Program-made: the position numbers and the translations under genes
Shown: positions 1-7,342 of the stretch, in pieces
How the letters are laid out: every line of letters begins with the position of its first letter
How positions within the stretch are numbered: the first letter of the stretch is position 1
Source: a virus
Lineage: Duplodnaviria; Caudoviricetes
Length of the DNA stretch: 44,730 nt
Reading direction: 5' to 3' (one strand)
IMG/VR virus record: IMGVR_UViG_3300036815_000121
Span: 1-44,730 of that record
The notes under the pieces: model-generated
The model's database searches: none
What the model was told of the DNA's origin: nothing
The model's input: the letters and a program-made list of their open reading frames with translations, nothing else

Positions 1-126
1 CTACGAAGCATAACATTTTTCTATTGCCTGAGTCAAACGATACCCCGCCCCCGGCTTGATATTCTTTTTGGAGACCCTATACATATTATTTTTCTGTTGT
101 TTTGTTGCTGGCTTCTTTCACTCCCC

Positions 127-320
127 CGGTCGCTTGGCGCTGGCTCTGCGGTCACTCTGCGAGGGGTTCGCGGTCGCTTGGCGCTGGCTCTGCGGTCACT
201 CTGCGAGGGGTTCGCGGTCACTCTGCGAGGGGTTCGCGGTTCACTCTGCAAATTTATTTTGCGGTCGTCTAACTCTCCAGTTTGCGAGGGGTTCGCGGTC
301 ACTTCGCGGTCACTCTGCAA
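127..320. repeat. 22-bp periodic tandem repeat array
   Basis: CGGT recurs at 127,149,171,193,215,237. Unit A CGGTCGCTTGGCGCTGGCTCTG and unit B CGGTCACTCTGCGAGGGGTTCG occur as A-B-A-B-B, with degenerate copies to ~320. Confidence 0.9.
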
Positions 321-330
321 CTTTGTGGGG

Positions 331-359
331 TTGCGTCCCAATTAATTGTTTGCTAGGGT
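331..359 (+). promoter_or_regulatory. Putative sigma70 early promoter
   Basis: TTGCGT-17 nt-TAGGGT with an extended -10 TG, upstream of the first early gene. Confidence 0.35.
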
Positions 360-415
360 TGGTCTCGTTACATCAAATCCGGGCCATTTGATGGCCCATA
401 ACCGAAAGGATTCCC

Positions 416-1072
416 ATGAACACACTTTTCGAAACGTCTCCCTTGCCAACATCCTCACTCCTGACTGAGCGTTACCGACCGCATACCATCGCGGGTTTTA
501 TCGGTCTCGACAAACCCAAAGCGAAGATGGCGAAACTAGTTGTTTCCCCGTTCGATTCGGCTTGGATTTTCTCCGGGCCTAGTGGGATGGGTAAGACCAC
601 ACTGGCGTTAGCTGTAGCGGAGGAGCTACAAGCGGAGTTGCATCACATTCCCTCGCAACGTTGCACTATTCAAGCGGTCGAGGATATCCGCAGACGTTGT
701 CAGTATGTTCCTATGGCTGGCAAGCGGTTGCATCTAGTTCTGGTAGATGAGGCCGATACCATGAGCAAAGCGGCTCAGGATGCGTTTTTGTCAATCCTCG
801 ATTCGACCAACCGTGCGCCAAACACAATTTTTATCTTCACCTGTAACCAGACCTTGGGCTTAGAGACGCGCTTTTTGTCGCGCTGTTTCGATGTTCCATT
901 CTCTTCCCATGCGGTCTCGAATGAAATCACGGCAATGTTGGAGCGGGTCTGGAATGAAGAAACGAACGGCAATGCTTCCGCTCCTAATTTTCGGAGGATT
1001 GTCAAAGAAGCTAATAATAATGTTCGTACTTCTTTGATGGAGTTGCAAAGCGAGATTATGATGCTTGCCTAG
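416..1072 (+). CDS. Clamp-loader clade AAA+ ATPase (RFC/DnaX/RarA-like), AAA+ module only
   Basis: LTERYRP N-terminal motif, Walker A GPSGMGKTT, Walker B LVLVDEAD, SRC arginine-finger motif (FLSRCF). Confidence 0.85.
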   Translation: MNTLFETSPLPTSSLLTERYRPHTIAGFIGLDKPKAKMAKLVVSPFDSAWIFSGPSGMGKTTLALAVAEELQAELHHIPSQRCTIQAVEDIRRRCQYVPMAGKRLHLVLVDEADTMSKAAQDAFLSILDSTNRAPNTIFIFTCNQTLGLETRFLSRCFDVPFSSHAVSNEITAMLERVWNEETNGNASAPNFRRIVKEANNNVRTSLMELQSEIMMLA

Positions 1073-1145
1073 CATAGTGTAGTTATGATAAAAGTATAGT
1101 TATTAAATCCGGGGTTCGCCCCATAACCTGAGAGGATTACCACCC

Positions 1146-2036
1146 ATGAACATTTACGAGACCATAACCAATCGCATCATTGATTCGCTTAACGCGGGCG
1201 TCATCCCATGGCGGAAACAATGGAAGGTAAGCGCTAAAAACGGGGGAGTTAATGGCATCCCCTACAACCTTACAAACGGCAAGCGATACCGGGGAATCAA
1301 TGAGATTTCCCTGCTTTGCTCTGGCTACACGTCAAGCGGATGGGCAACCTATAAGCAGGCTCAGGCGTTGGGCTATCAGGTTCGCAAAGGTGAGCGGTCG
1401 TCTCCTGTCGTCTGGTGGAGCTTCCCCGATAGAACGAAGGCGGAGGAGAAAGACCGCGCACCATTCGCCAAGTACTATTCCGTTTTCAATGTGGAGCAAA
1501 TGGAAGGTGTACCGGGGGAGTTACCGCTTGGCGATGATGCGGAACCGTTCGACGCGATAGCCTCCGCTGAAACGGTCGCGAATAACTACATGGAATCGGC
1601 CTCGCATCCTACGCTCGGGTTCGGGGGTTCGGACGCCTATTTCCGACCGTCTACTGATCATGTTCAAATGCCTCCTCGTGAATCTTTCCTTTCCCCCGAA
1701 AATTACTATTCGGTTCTGTTCCATGAGTTCGTACACAGTACCGGGATTAAGTCGCGTCTTCATCGGGAGGAGTTGGCCTCAATGATGCGCTTTGGTGACC
1801 GGGAGTATTCGAAGGAGGAGTTAACGGCGGAGTTCGGAGCGGCTTTTCTCTGCGGGGAAGCTGGAATTTCAAACGATTATCTCTTGGACAATTCGACCGC
1901 ATACATTCAGTCTTGGATTGCCAAACTTCAGAGTGACAAAAACTTTGCGATACAGGCGGCGCAACGTGCGCAAAAAGCGGCCGATTTTATCCTCGGGCGG
2001 TCGTGGAAAGCAGCGGAGGAGACGACCGCAGAGTAG
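1146..2036 (+). CDS. ardC: ArdC-family antirestriction / ssDNA-binding protein
   Basis: IPWRKQW, YRGIN, WATYKQA, VRKGE, VFNVEQ (DUF1738-like); zincin-like HEFVH and YSKEELTAEFGAAFLC. Confidence 0.92.
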   Translation: MNIYETITNRIIDSLNAGVIPWRKQWKVSAKNGGVNGIPYNLTNGKRYRGINEISLLCSGYTSSGWATYKQAQALGYQVRKGERSSPVVWWSFPDRTKAEEKDRAPFAKYYSVFNVEQMEGVPGELPLGDDAEPFDAIASAETVANNYMESASHPTLGFGGSDAYFRPSTDHVQMPPRESFLSPENYYSVLFHEFVHSTGIKSRLHREELASMMRFGDREYSKEELTAEFGAAFLCGEAGISNDYLLDNSTAYIQSWIAKLQSDKNFAIQAAQRAQKAADFILGRSWKAAEETTAE

Positions 2037-2040
2037 CAAA

Positions 2041-2096
2041 GGTCGAAACGGGGGAGGAATCCCCCGTTTCAGCGTGATGCGCTGACTGAAGAGACC
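2041..2096 (+). ncRNA. Type II hammerhead ribozyme
   Basis: GGTC-GAAA-[CGGGGGA GGAA TCCCCCG]-TT-[TCAGCG TGATG CGCTGA]-CTGAAGA-GACC; all core nucleotides and three stems present; predicted cleavage after GUU at 2068. Confidence 0.88.
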
Positions 2097-2149
2097 ATTC
2101 AGCAACATTAACCGGGGGTCTCCCCCATAACCGAAAAGGACTAGCCCAC

Positions 2150-2308
2150 ATGGTTCCAAGAACTGAGTTCGGCGCGATTGAAAAGCTCTGGCGAGTGCGC
2201 TGCTATCTCAACGGTATCGCTTCTTATGATCGGTCTCTCACCTTTGAACAGGTGCGAGGAATCGACGCGGCGATTGATATCACCTATGCTGTGCAACGTT
2301 TGTTTTAA
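2150..2308 (+). CDS. Small hypothetical protein, 52 aa (not in ORF track)
   Basis: MVPRTEFGAIEKLWRV...VQRLF follows leader 3 with AAGGA RBS; its TAA stop begins leader 4. Confidence 0.7.
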   Translation: MVPRTEFGAIEKLWRVRCYLNGIASYDRSLTFEQVRGIDAAIDITYAVQRLF

Positions 2309-2347
2309 CCGGGGTCTCCCCCATAACCTTGAAAGGAATAACTACAT

Positions 2348-2464
2348 ATGTATATCGCGAACATTGCGGGTGTAATTTGCATTTTGTTCCTGATGTTTTT
2401 CTTTCCCCTCGCGCATGGGATTGCTCGTCTGATCTGCTTCCTGATAACGAAGGGGGGCCGCTAA
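2348..2464 (+). CDS. Small hydrophobic membrane peptide, 38 aa (not in ORF track)
   Basis: MYIANIAGVICILFLMFFFPLAHGIARLICFLITKGGR follows leader 4; TAATG coupling to the next gene. Confidence 0.65.
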   Translation: MYIANIAGVICILFLMFFFPLAHGIARLICFLITKGGR

Positions 2465-2784
2465 TGCGTAAACCTGATCTGACTTTCTTGGTGACGGTCT
2501 CCCCCGTTTGTCGGGTGATCGGATGCCAAAAAAAACAGGATGAAGAAAATCGCGGTCTCTTCGGTTTCCATTCCTTTACTACGTGTCCAGACTGTCAGGT
2601 GATCCCTGACGGTTGGCAGATGTGGGGGGAGAATGGCCACATGCAAGCGGCTCCTTCCACGCGTGAGTGGATGGCGCATTGGATCAAAGTTAAGGCGCGG
2701 GAACAGTGGAAGACTAAGGCGGGTCTCCTGATGGGCTACCGCTTCCGGGTCGGTTCCACACTTTATTACCGGGGGGGCCGCTAA
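2464..2784 (+). CDS. Hypothetical protein with Cys/His motifs, 106 aa
   Basis: Start reassigned to the TAATG overlap at 2464; CRVIGC and HSFTTCPDC motifs. Confidence 0.65.
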   Translation: MRKPDLTFLVTVSPVCRVIGCQKKQDEENRGLFGFHSFTTCPDCQVIPDGWQMWGENGHMQAAPSTREWMAHWIKVKAREQWKTKAGLLMGYRFRVGSTLYYRGGR

Positions 2785-3014
2785 TGGAAGAATTTGCGCT
2801 GGTCTCTCCTTCGTTCGAGCGGCGTTCGCGCATTGTCTACGTGCGCGGTCGCGCTATCAAGGCGGTCATCTCTACTCATCCCTGTGACGAACGGTGTACT
2901 TCAGCAAAGGGCAACCTTTGCGAGTGCTCGTGTGGTGGGAAGAATCACGGCGCGGATTATCGCGCTGGCGTCGTCCTGGCTCCAGTCGCAGAGGTTGCGC
3001 GGTCGTTGTTCTAA
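2784..3014 (+). CDS. Cys-rich putative Zn-binding phage protein
   Basis: CDERCTSAKGNLCECSCGGKNHG; TAATG-coupled start. Confidence 0.75.
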   Translation: MEEFALVSPSFERRSRIVYVRGRAIKAVISTHPCDERCTSAKGNLCECSCGGKNHGADYRAGVVLAPVAEVARSLF

Positions 3015-3071
3015 CCAATAACCGGGGGCCGCATGGCGCGGCTCCCATAACCTTGAAAGTGAGGAATCAAA

Positions 3072-3395
3072 ATGGAACGTCAACGGTGTGGTTATCATTC
3101 GTGCATCTGTCAAGGGGTGGCTTTCATCTCGCGTGGTGGTGTCAAGCCAGATTCCGATTACTGCGTCAATGGCAAGCGGGTGCGGGTGCGCGATGATGGC
3201 ACGGTCTACGCTTATGATCTGACGGCGGCGGATGTGGCGGAGTTGACTGCTTACTTCCTGCGTGAGTATGCGCGTTACTGCGCTTGGCACGTCGCCAAAA
3301 AGTACACTCAACCGCAAGTCTACGGGGAGATGGTTCTCCAGCCCTTTAACATGGCGTGGCCGTTGCGCGGCGAGTCGCGCACTGGTACAGTGTAG
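3072..3395 (+). CDS. Hypothetical early protein
   Basis: ATG follows leader 5 with GAGGA RBS. Confidence 0.7.
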   Translation: MERQRCGYHSCICQGVAFISRGGVKPDSDYCVNGKRVRVRDDGTVYAYDLTAADVAELTAYFLREYARYCAWHVAKKYTQPQVYGEMVLQPFNMAWPLRGESRTGTV

Positions 3396-3439
3396 TTATT
3401 CCGGGGGCGCGGCTCCCATAACCTGAGAGGGGTTTTCCA

Positions 3440-3640
3440 ATGGTCGAACTTTCCGAAACAGCTAAAGCGGCGCTCATTCTCCACGGTGCACAAAAGACGG
3501 TCTCCGCTCGTCCTGACGGCGCTGTGTGGATTATCGAGGAACGTAAATGGGCGTTGATTGCTTCGCTTCCGGCGGGGCCGGAACACACTTTCATTCTGGC
3601 TCTGATTCACGCTGAGTGTGAGCGTAAATATGGGGCATAA
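3440..3640 (+). CDS. Hypothetical early protein
   Basis: ATG follows leader 6. Confidence 0.7.
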   Translation: MVELSETAKAALILHGAQKTVSARPDGAVWIIEERKWALIASLPAGPEHTFILALIHAECERKYGA

Positions 3641-3694
3641 CTCCAACCGGGGGGCCGCGCTGCGGCTCCCCATAACCTTGAAAGGAATAACTAC

Positions 3695-4072
3695 ATGCAA
3701 AATTTTGTTGGCGTCCGTCCGTTTCGCAACGATATCAGGCCCTATTTCCGTTTCTACTCGGCTCCTCTCGGGGAGGTCGTTGAAGCTGTCGTGCAATTCC
3801 GCAACGACCGCCGTCAAGGGGCTGGCTTTTATCTCTACCTCACTATCAAGACAATCCTGTCTGATGGCGCGGTCCAGTGGATGCCGATGAGTGCGCGGCA
3901 GTCCTATATTCTGCTGTCTCCGGCTGCGCGTTTCGGCTTCCCCAAGCTGCAAGTTTTCGCCATGGCGCTCGACACTAAAATCCCTGAAATTGCAGCGGCG
4001 TGGCGCGATGGCGGGGCGGATGGTATCGAACCCTTTGTTTGTTCGCTGCTCTCTCATTCGCTGGCAATCTAA
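3695..4072 (+). CDS. Hypothetical early protein
   Basis: ATG follows leader 7. Confidence 0.7.
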   Translation: MQNFVGVRPFRNDIRPYFRFYSAPLGEVVEAVVQFRNDRRQGAGFYLYLTIKTILSDGAVQWMPMSARQSYILLSPAARFGFPKLQVFAMALDTKIPEIAAAWRDGGADGIEPFVCSLLSHSLAI

Positions 4073-4130
4073 CTTCAACCGGGGGGCCGTCCTGCGGCTC
4101 CCCCATAACCTTGAAAGGGGAATAACTACA

Positions 4131-4493
4131 ATGGCTCACCAATTGACTCAGGCCGATTTGAACGGCTTCCACGGTTCCGAAGAGTATTACCGGCATCAGC
4201 TAACCGGCTTCGTTTACACGGAGGGGGTTAAGTTCATGGCGGAAACGGGCGGCGCGTACTGGCTGATCGATGAAATTATGCTCTCCAATCGGTTCTCGAA
4301 AAAGGTCCAGGCTGAAGAGTTTCAGGTCTGGAAACTCGACCGCGATAACGAAGGGAATGCGGCTTGGCTGCGGATGGAAGACGGTAACGATGTTCGTCTG
4401 TTCGAAAAGCGGATAGAGTTCACCGATTTCCCTCTACCGGGAATCATTCTCTTCTTTGAAAATTCCACGCTGTACTTACCTTCGGAGCGATAA
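4131..4493 (+). CDS. DUF6876-like protein, 120 aa
   Basis: Start reassigned to the ATG after leader 8; LNGFHGSEEYYRH, YTEGVKFMAE, AYWLIDEI, FQVWKL, IEFTDFPL, LYLPSE. Confidence 0.75.
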   Translation: MAHQLTQADLNGFHGSEEYYRHQLTGFVYTEGVKFMAETGGAYWLIDEIMLSNRFSKKVQAEEFQVWKLDRDNEGNAAWLRMEDGNDVRLFEKRIEFTDFPLPGIILFFENSTLYLPSER

Positions 4494-4495
4494 CT

Positions 4496-4810
4496 ATGGC
4501 TTATGACTATGGCCATGCCATGCAGATTTTGCGCGATGCGCGATTGTTCGCGCCTTCGCTGGTCTACTTGGATGGCAAGTTCCACGTCTTTACTCGGACG
4601 GTGCTGCTCGGCTCCGGGGCAACTATCGAGGAGGCATTACAGGCGGCGGGGTTCATTCCGCCTGTGGTGGCTCCCTCGGTGTTGTTCGTGGCGGTCGGCT
4701 CCAACGTCGTCAAGGAAAATCAAAACGTGGCGGTGGCGCGGTCGCGGACTATGGCGCTGCGGATAGCCAGCGCCCTTAACGAGTACGTTCCGGGTGATCG
4801 CGGGTATTAG
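4496..4810 (+). CDS. Hypothetical protein
   Basis: Starts 2 nt after the previous stop; GGAG RBS. Confidence 0.7.
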   Translation: MAYDYGHAMQILRDARLFAPSLVYLDGKFHVFTRTVLLGSGATIEEALQAAGFIPPVVAPSVLFVAVGSNVVKENQNVAVARSRTMALRIASALNEYVPGDRGY

Positions 4811-4847
4811 CCGCGAATGACCCGCAAACCATCCGCTAAACGGTAGC

Positions 4848-4882
4848 AAAAACGCCTTGGGGTGTGGCCTCAAGGCGTTGTT
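4848..4882. terminator. Probable bidirectional intrinsic terminator
   Basis: AACGCCTTG...CAAGGCGTT inverted repeat with an A-run on the left, between convergent genes. Confidence 0.6.
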
Positions 4883-4897
4883 GCGTCTGGGAGGATG

Positions 4898-5434
4898 TTA
4901 GGGCCGTCCGCTCGGCTCCGGCGCGTCCTTGGGCGTTTTTAGCTTGTCCCATGAGCGGGGGGGTAGGGTGGTGCGGTAGCCTCCATGTTTCACTTCGGCA
5001 TCGCGCACCTTAACGGCTTCTTCAATCGTCTTGTAGGTTCCGGCATGGCGGCGGTCGCCATAGAGCTTGTCCACATCGGCGTACAACCGAACCAGATACC
5101 TCTCTGCGAACGGGTCGAACAAAACGCCTTCGTGCTCCGTGTCGACTAGGCGGGTGGTCTTGTGCTTCCAGTTGTCGAAGCGGCTCACTACTTTGAGGTT
5201 GACGCTGCGGCGGTTGTCCAGGCGGTCTCCATTGATGTGATCGACAATTTTCTTCGGGTCGGTGCATCCCATGATCACGCGATGCATGGGTTGGACGCCT
5301 GTCGGATACTTGTACGTTACCGCGTAGCCTTTGCTATACATCCAGCGTTTGCCTTTGACTAGCGGCTCGTCCTCGTCGTCAATGAGCGCGAACTTTCCGC
5401 GTCCTTTGCTGCCTTGCAGGGGTATCCGTACCAT
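4898..5434 (-). CDS. HNH endonuclease with AP2-like C-terminus
   Basis: MHRVIM, VDHINGDRLDNRRSVNL, GTYKTIEEAVKVRD; start uncertain (5434, 5461 or 5494). Confidence 0.85.
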   Translation of the reverse strand: MVRIPLQGSKGRGKFALIDDEDEPLVKGKRWMYSKGYAVTYKYPTGVQPMHRVIMGCTDPKKIVDHINGDRLDNRRSVNLKVVSRFDNWKHKTTRLVDTEHEGVLFDPFAERYLVRLYADVDKLYGDRRHAGTYKTIEEAVKVRDAEVKHGGYRTTLPPRSWDKLKTPKDAPEPSGRP

Positions 5435-5526
5435 GTAATCTATTGTATTCCTCCGGCTCATGGGGTGATACACTGTCCAACGCTTTCCGGCCAAGCAATC
5501 AAAATCGACATAGAGGAGTAGGTCAA

Positions 5527-6042
5527 ATGAATCGTAGAACCTTTCTCACTTGTTCGCTAGCGACTACAGCTACCGCCTTCACCTTCGCTCCACAACACGC
5601 CGTCGCGCAAAGCGCCGCCGAAGCTCCAACTTGGGACCCCACTTATTGGTGGTGGTGGGTCAGTTGGGTTGACTGGCAAAACTCGATGCTTCCCCCGGAA
5701 GAGTTGATTTATCTGGGTGGCGGTCGTGGCGGCGGTGGGGGCTTTCTCACTGACTGGCCGAATCTCGATGATGAGGCGAATTACACCTTTTTCACTGAGG
5801 ATATTCTGCGGGCGAATATCGCCAATCACTTCGCCAGTGGCGGCGCTGCACCCAGTTTCAACACTTGCAAGTTCCTCGATGCGATAGGCATTTACACCTT
5901 AGGGCAACTTAGAGCTTGGCTGATCGCGAACCCCGAAGTGCTGGAAGAAGTCGCTTTCATCATGGACGTTGCTCCTGCCGCTGTGCTGATCATGGGGGTA
6001 CTTCTGGTGATCGCGTTGATTGCAATAGCTGCCTACTGCTAG
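5527..6042 (+). CDS. Tat-signal exported protein with C-terminal hydrophobic segment
   Basis: MNRRTFL twin-arginine motif, AVA-Q cleavage-like site, GAGGAG RBS; Trp-rich YWWWWVSWVDW. Confidence 0.75.
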   Translation: MNRRTFLTCSLATTATAFTFAPQHAVAQSAAEAPTWDPTYWWWWVSWVDWQNSMLPPEELIYLGGGRGGGGGFLTDWPNLDDEANYTFFTEDILRANIANHFASGGAAPSFNTCKFLDAIGIYTLGQLRAWLIANPEVLEEVAFIMDVAPAAVLIMGVLLVIALIAIAAYC

Positions 6043-6058
6043 GGGAAAGGGTGACGTT

Positions 6059-6370
6059 ATGGAGAGAGTACTGAAAATTTTTCCTGCAAAGAACTGGCCT
6101 GTCGTACAAGGCGGATTGCTTGTTTTCGTGGGATTGTTCATGGCTTGGCTGCTGTGGCAGTCTCATTGGAATCTGAACGACTTGATCATGATGATCATCC
6201 CCGCGTCATTCTGTTTCGACTCCTATCGATGGGCGCGGCGAAGTACAGCTAAAGCAACTACGGATCGCGAGCGGATTGAGGCTAATGAGCCATTTGTAGG
6301 GATGGCCCTAGCGGTAATTTCCGTTCTGGCTCTGTGCATCTCAATCCTCCGGTCGTCACACTGTGGTTAA
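6059..6370 (+). CDS. Small membrane protein (~3 TM)
   Basis: Three hydrophobic segments; follows the Tat gene. Confidence 0.65.
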   Translation: MERVLKIFPAKNWPVVQGGLLVFVGLFMAWLLWQSHWNLNDLIMMIIPASFCFDSYRWARRSTAKATTDRERIEANEPFVGMALAVISVLALCISILRSSHCG

Positions 6371-6473
6371 GGGAGCAGGCGGCTACATCCATCGCGCCTT
6401 ACGTGATCAGGTGTTCAACAACAACCTCAACCCTTCCTTTATTTCGATTGCGCAGTCGGTTCCCTCGGTGGAT

Positions 6474-6656
6474 ATGTCAACCCTTCTAGCCATCTCTGCC
6501 GCTGGTCTCGCGCTTGGGCTGCTCACGGCGTATATGGCTTATCGCTATCGCCACAAGCGAGAGAAACCCATCACCAACCTAGATCGCTGGTTGGTGGGCA
6601 TGACGGTTTTTACCGGCTGCTGTCTGATCTGGTTCGCGATGGTGCATCGCTACTAA
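6474..6656 (+). CDS. Small membrane protein (2 TM)
   Basis: MSTLLAISAAGLALGLL... two hydrophobic segments; alternative start at 6363. Confidence 0.5.
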   Translation: MSTLLAISAAGLALGLLTAYMAYRYRHKREKPITNLDRWLVGMTVFTGCCLIWFAMVHRY

Positions 6657-7327
6657 GGGAGCAATCGGTATGCCTGGGTGATCTGGTGTTCTAGATGGGC
6701 GGTTGCTGCGGGGCCGTCGTGCTTCTCGGCCTGTGCGCGGAGCAAGGGGATTCCGCTCTCCATGCTCTCTAATACCTCGGCGCGGGTCGCGGGTCGGCCT
6801 CGGCAATACCACTCTGTCTTGAATGGTCGGCCAAGCTGAAACAAGAGTCCGTCTCCGGCTCCGGGGCGGTTGCGCACGGTCAGCAGCATATGGCGGCGGG
6901 TGTACCAAAGCAGGCTCACTCCGGGGTTGCGCTCGATCATCACTCCCGCGCCTTTTTGTTTCATCGCGTCGATAGTTTCGTCGGTACGGCGGTGCATCTG
7001 CGGCTTGGACAAAAACGGGCAATTCTTCGCGGCGTACTCGGCGCACTCGCGATGACTCGGCGGTTCGGAGCTAATGCGGTTGACGGCGCACATCGGGCCG
7101 ATGACGAAAACCTCTTCGGGGTGAAGCCGTTCTCCGCAAGTCCAGCACAGTCGGTCATTGACGGCGCGGCGGAACTTTTGCATATCCATGGCGCGAAACT
7201 CCGGCTCGCCGTTTATCCAGTCCACGAACCAAGGGACGGGATATCCGCGTTTGTCGATGGGGAGCCGCTCCATGAAGCGGGGCGGCTTCTGAATATCGGG
7301 GCGTAGGGCGTGGGGGCAAGTGCTCAT
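6653..7327 (-). CDS. Phage hypothetical protein, putative Zn-binding
   Basis: RGYPVPWF, LCWTCG, EPPSHRECAEYAAKNCPFL. Confidence 0.75.
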   Translation of the reverse strand: MSTCPHALRPDIQKPPRFMERLPIDKRGYPVPWFVDWINGEPEFRAMDMQKFRRAVNDRLCWTCGERLHPEEVFVIGPMCAVNRISSEPPSHRECAEYAAKNCPFLSKPQMHRRTDETIDAMKQKGAGVMIERNPGVSLLWYTRRHMLLTVRNRPGAGDGLLFQLGRPFKTEWYCRGRPATRAEVLESMESGIPLLRAQAEKHDGPAATAHLEHQITQAYRLLP

Positions 7328-7342
7328 TCGTTTTTTCCCTTT

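Larger units (their letters stand above)
379..4121 (+). repeat. Eight dispersed hairpin-CCCATAACC-RBS leader elements
   Basis: Copies at 379-410, 1109-1136, 2109-2140, 2306-2337, 3019-3065, 3401-3432, 3645-3686, 4077-4121; each lies just upstream of an ATG. Confidence 0.92.

Noticed and set aside
127-320. CRISPR array
   Set aside because: Units are contiguous with no unique spacers, and no cas genes are present
33-391. ORFs 33-341, 56-391 and 97-345
   Set aside because: They merely translate the 22-bp repeat; no RBS or protein-like features
3320-4078. 252-aa minus-strand ORF and similar long shadow ORFs (e.g. 22738-23631, 31426-32379)
   Set aside because: Antisense to well-supported genes; expected in GC-rich DNA
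379-4121. Integron attC cassettes or N4-type virion RNAP hairpin promoters
   Set aside because: No integron integrase, no attC-like R-box/L-box arrangement, no large virion RNAP gene; G-T pairs favour the sense strand rather than the template strand
4312-4337. Second hammerhead (CTGAAGA...GAAAC)
   Set aside because: No stem II pairing between the core motifs; lies inside the DUF6876-like CDS
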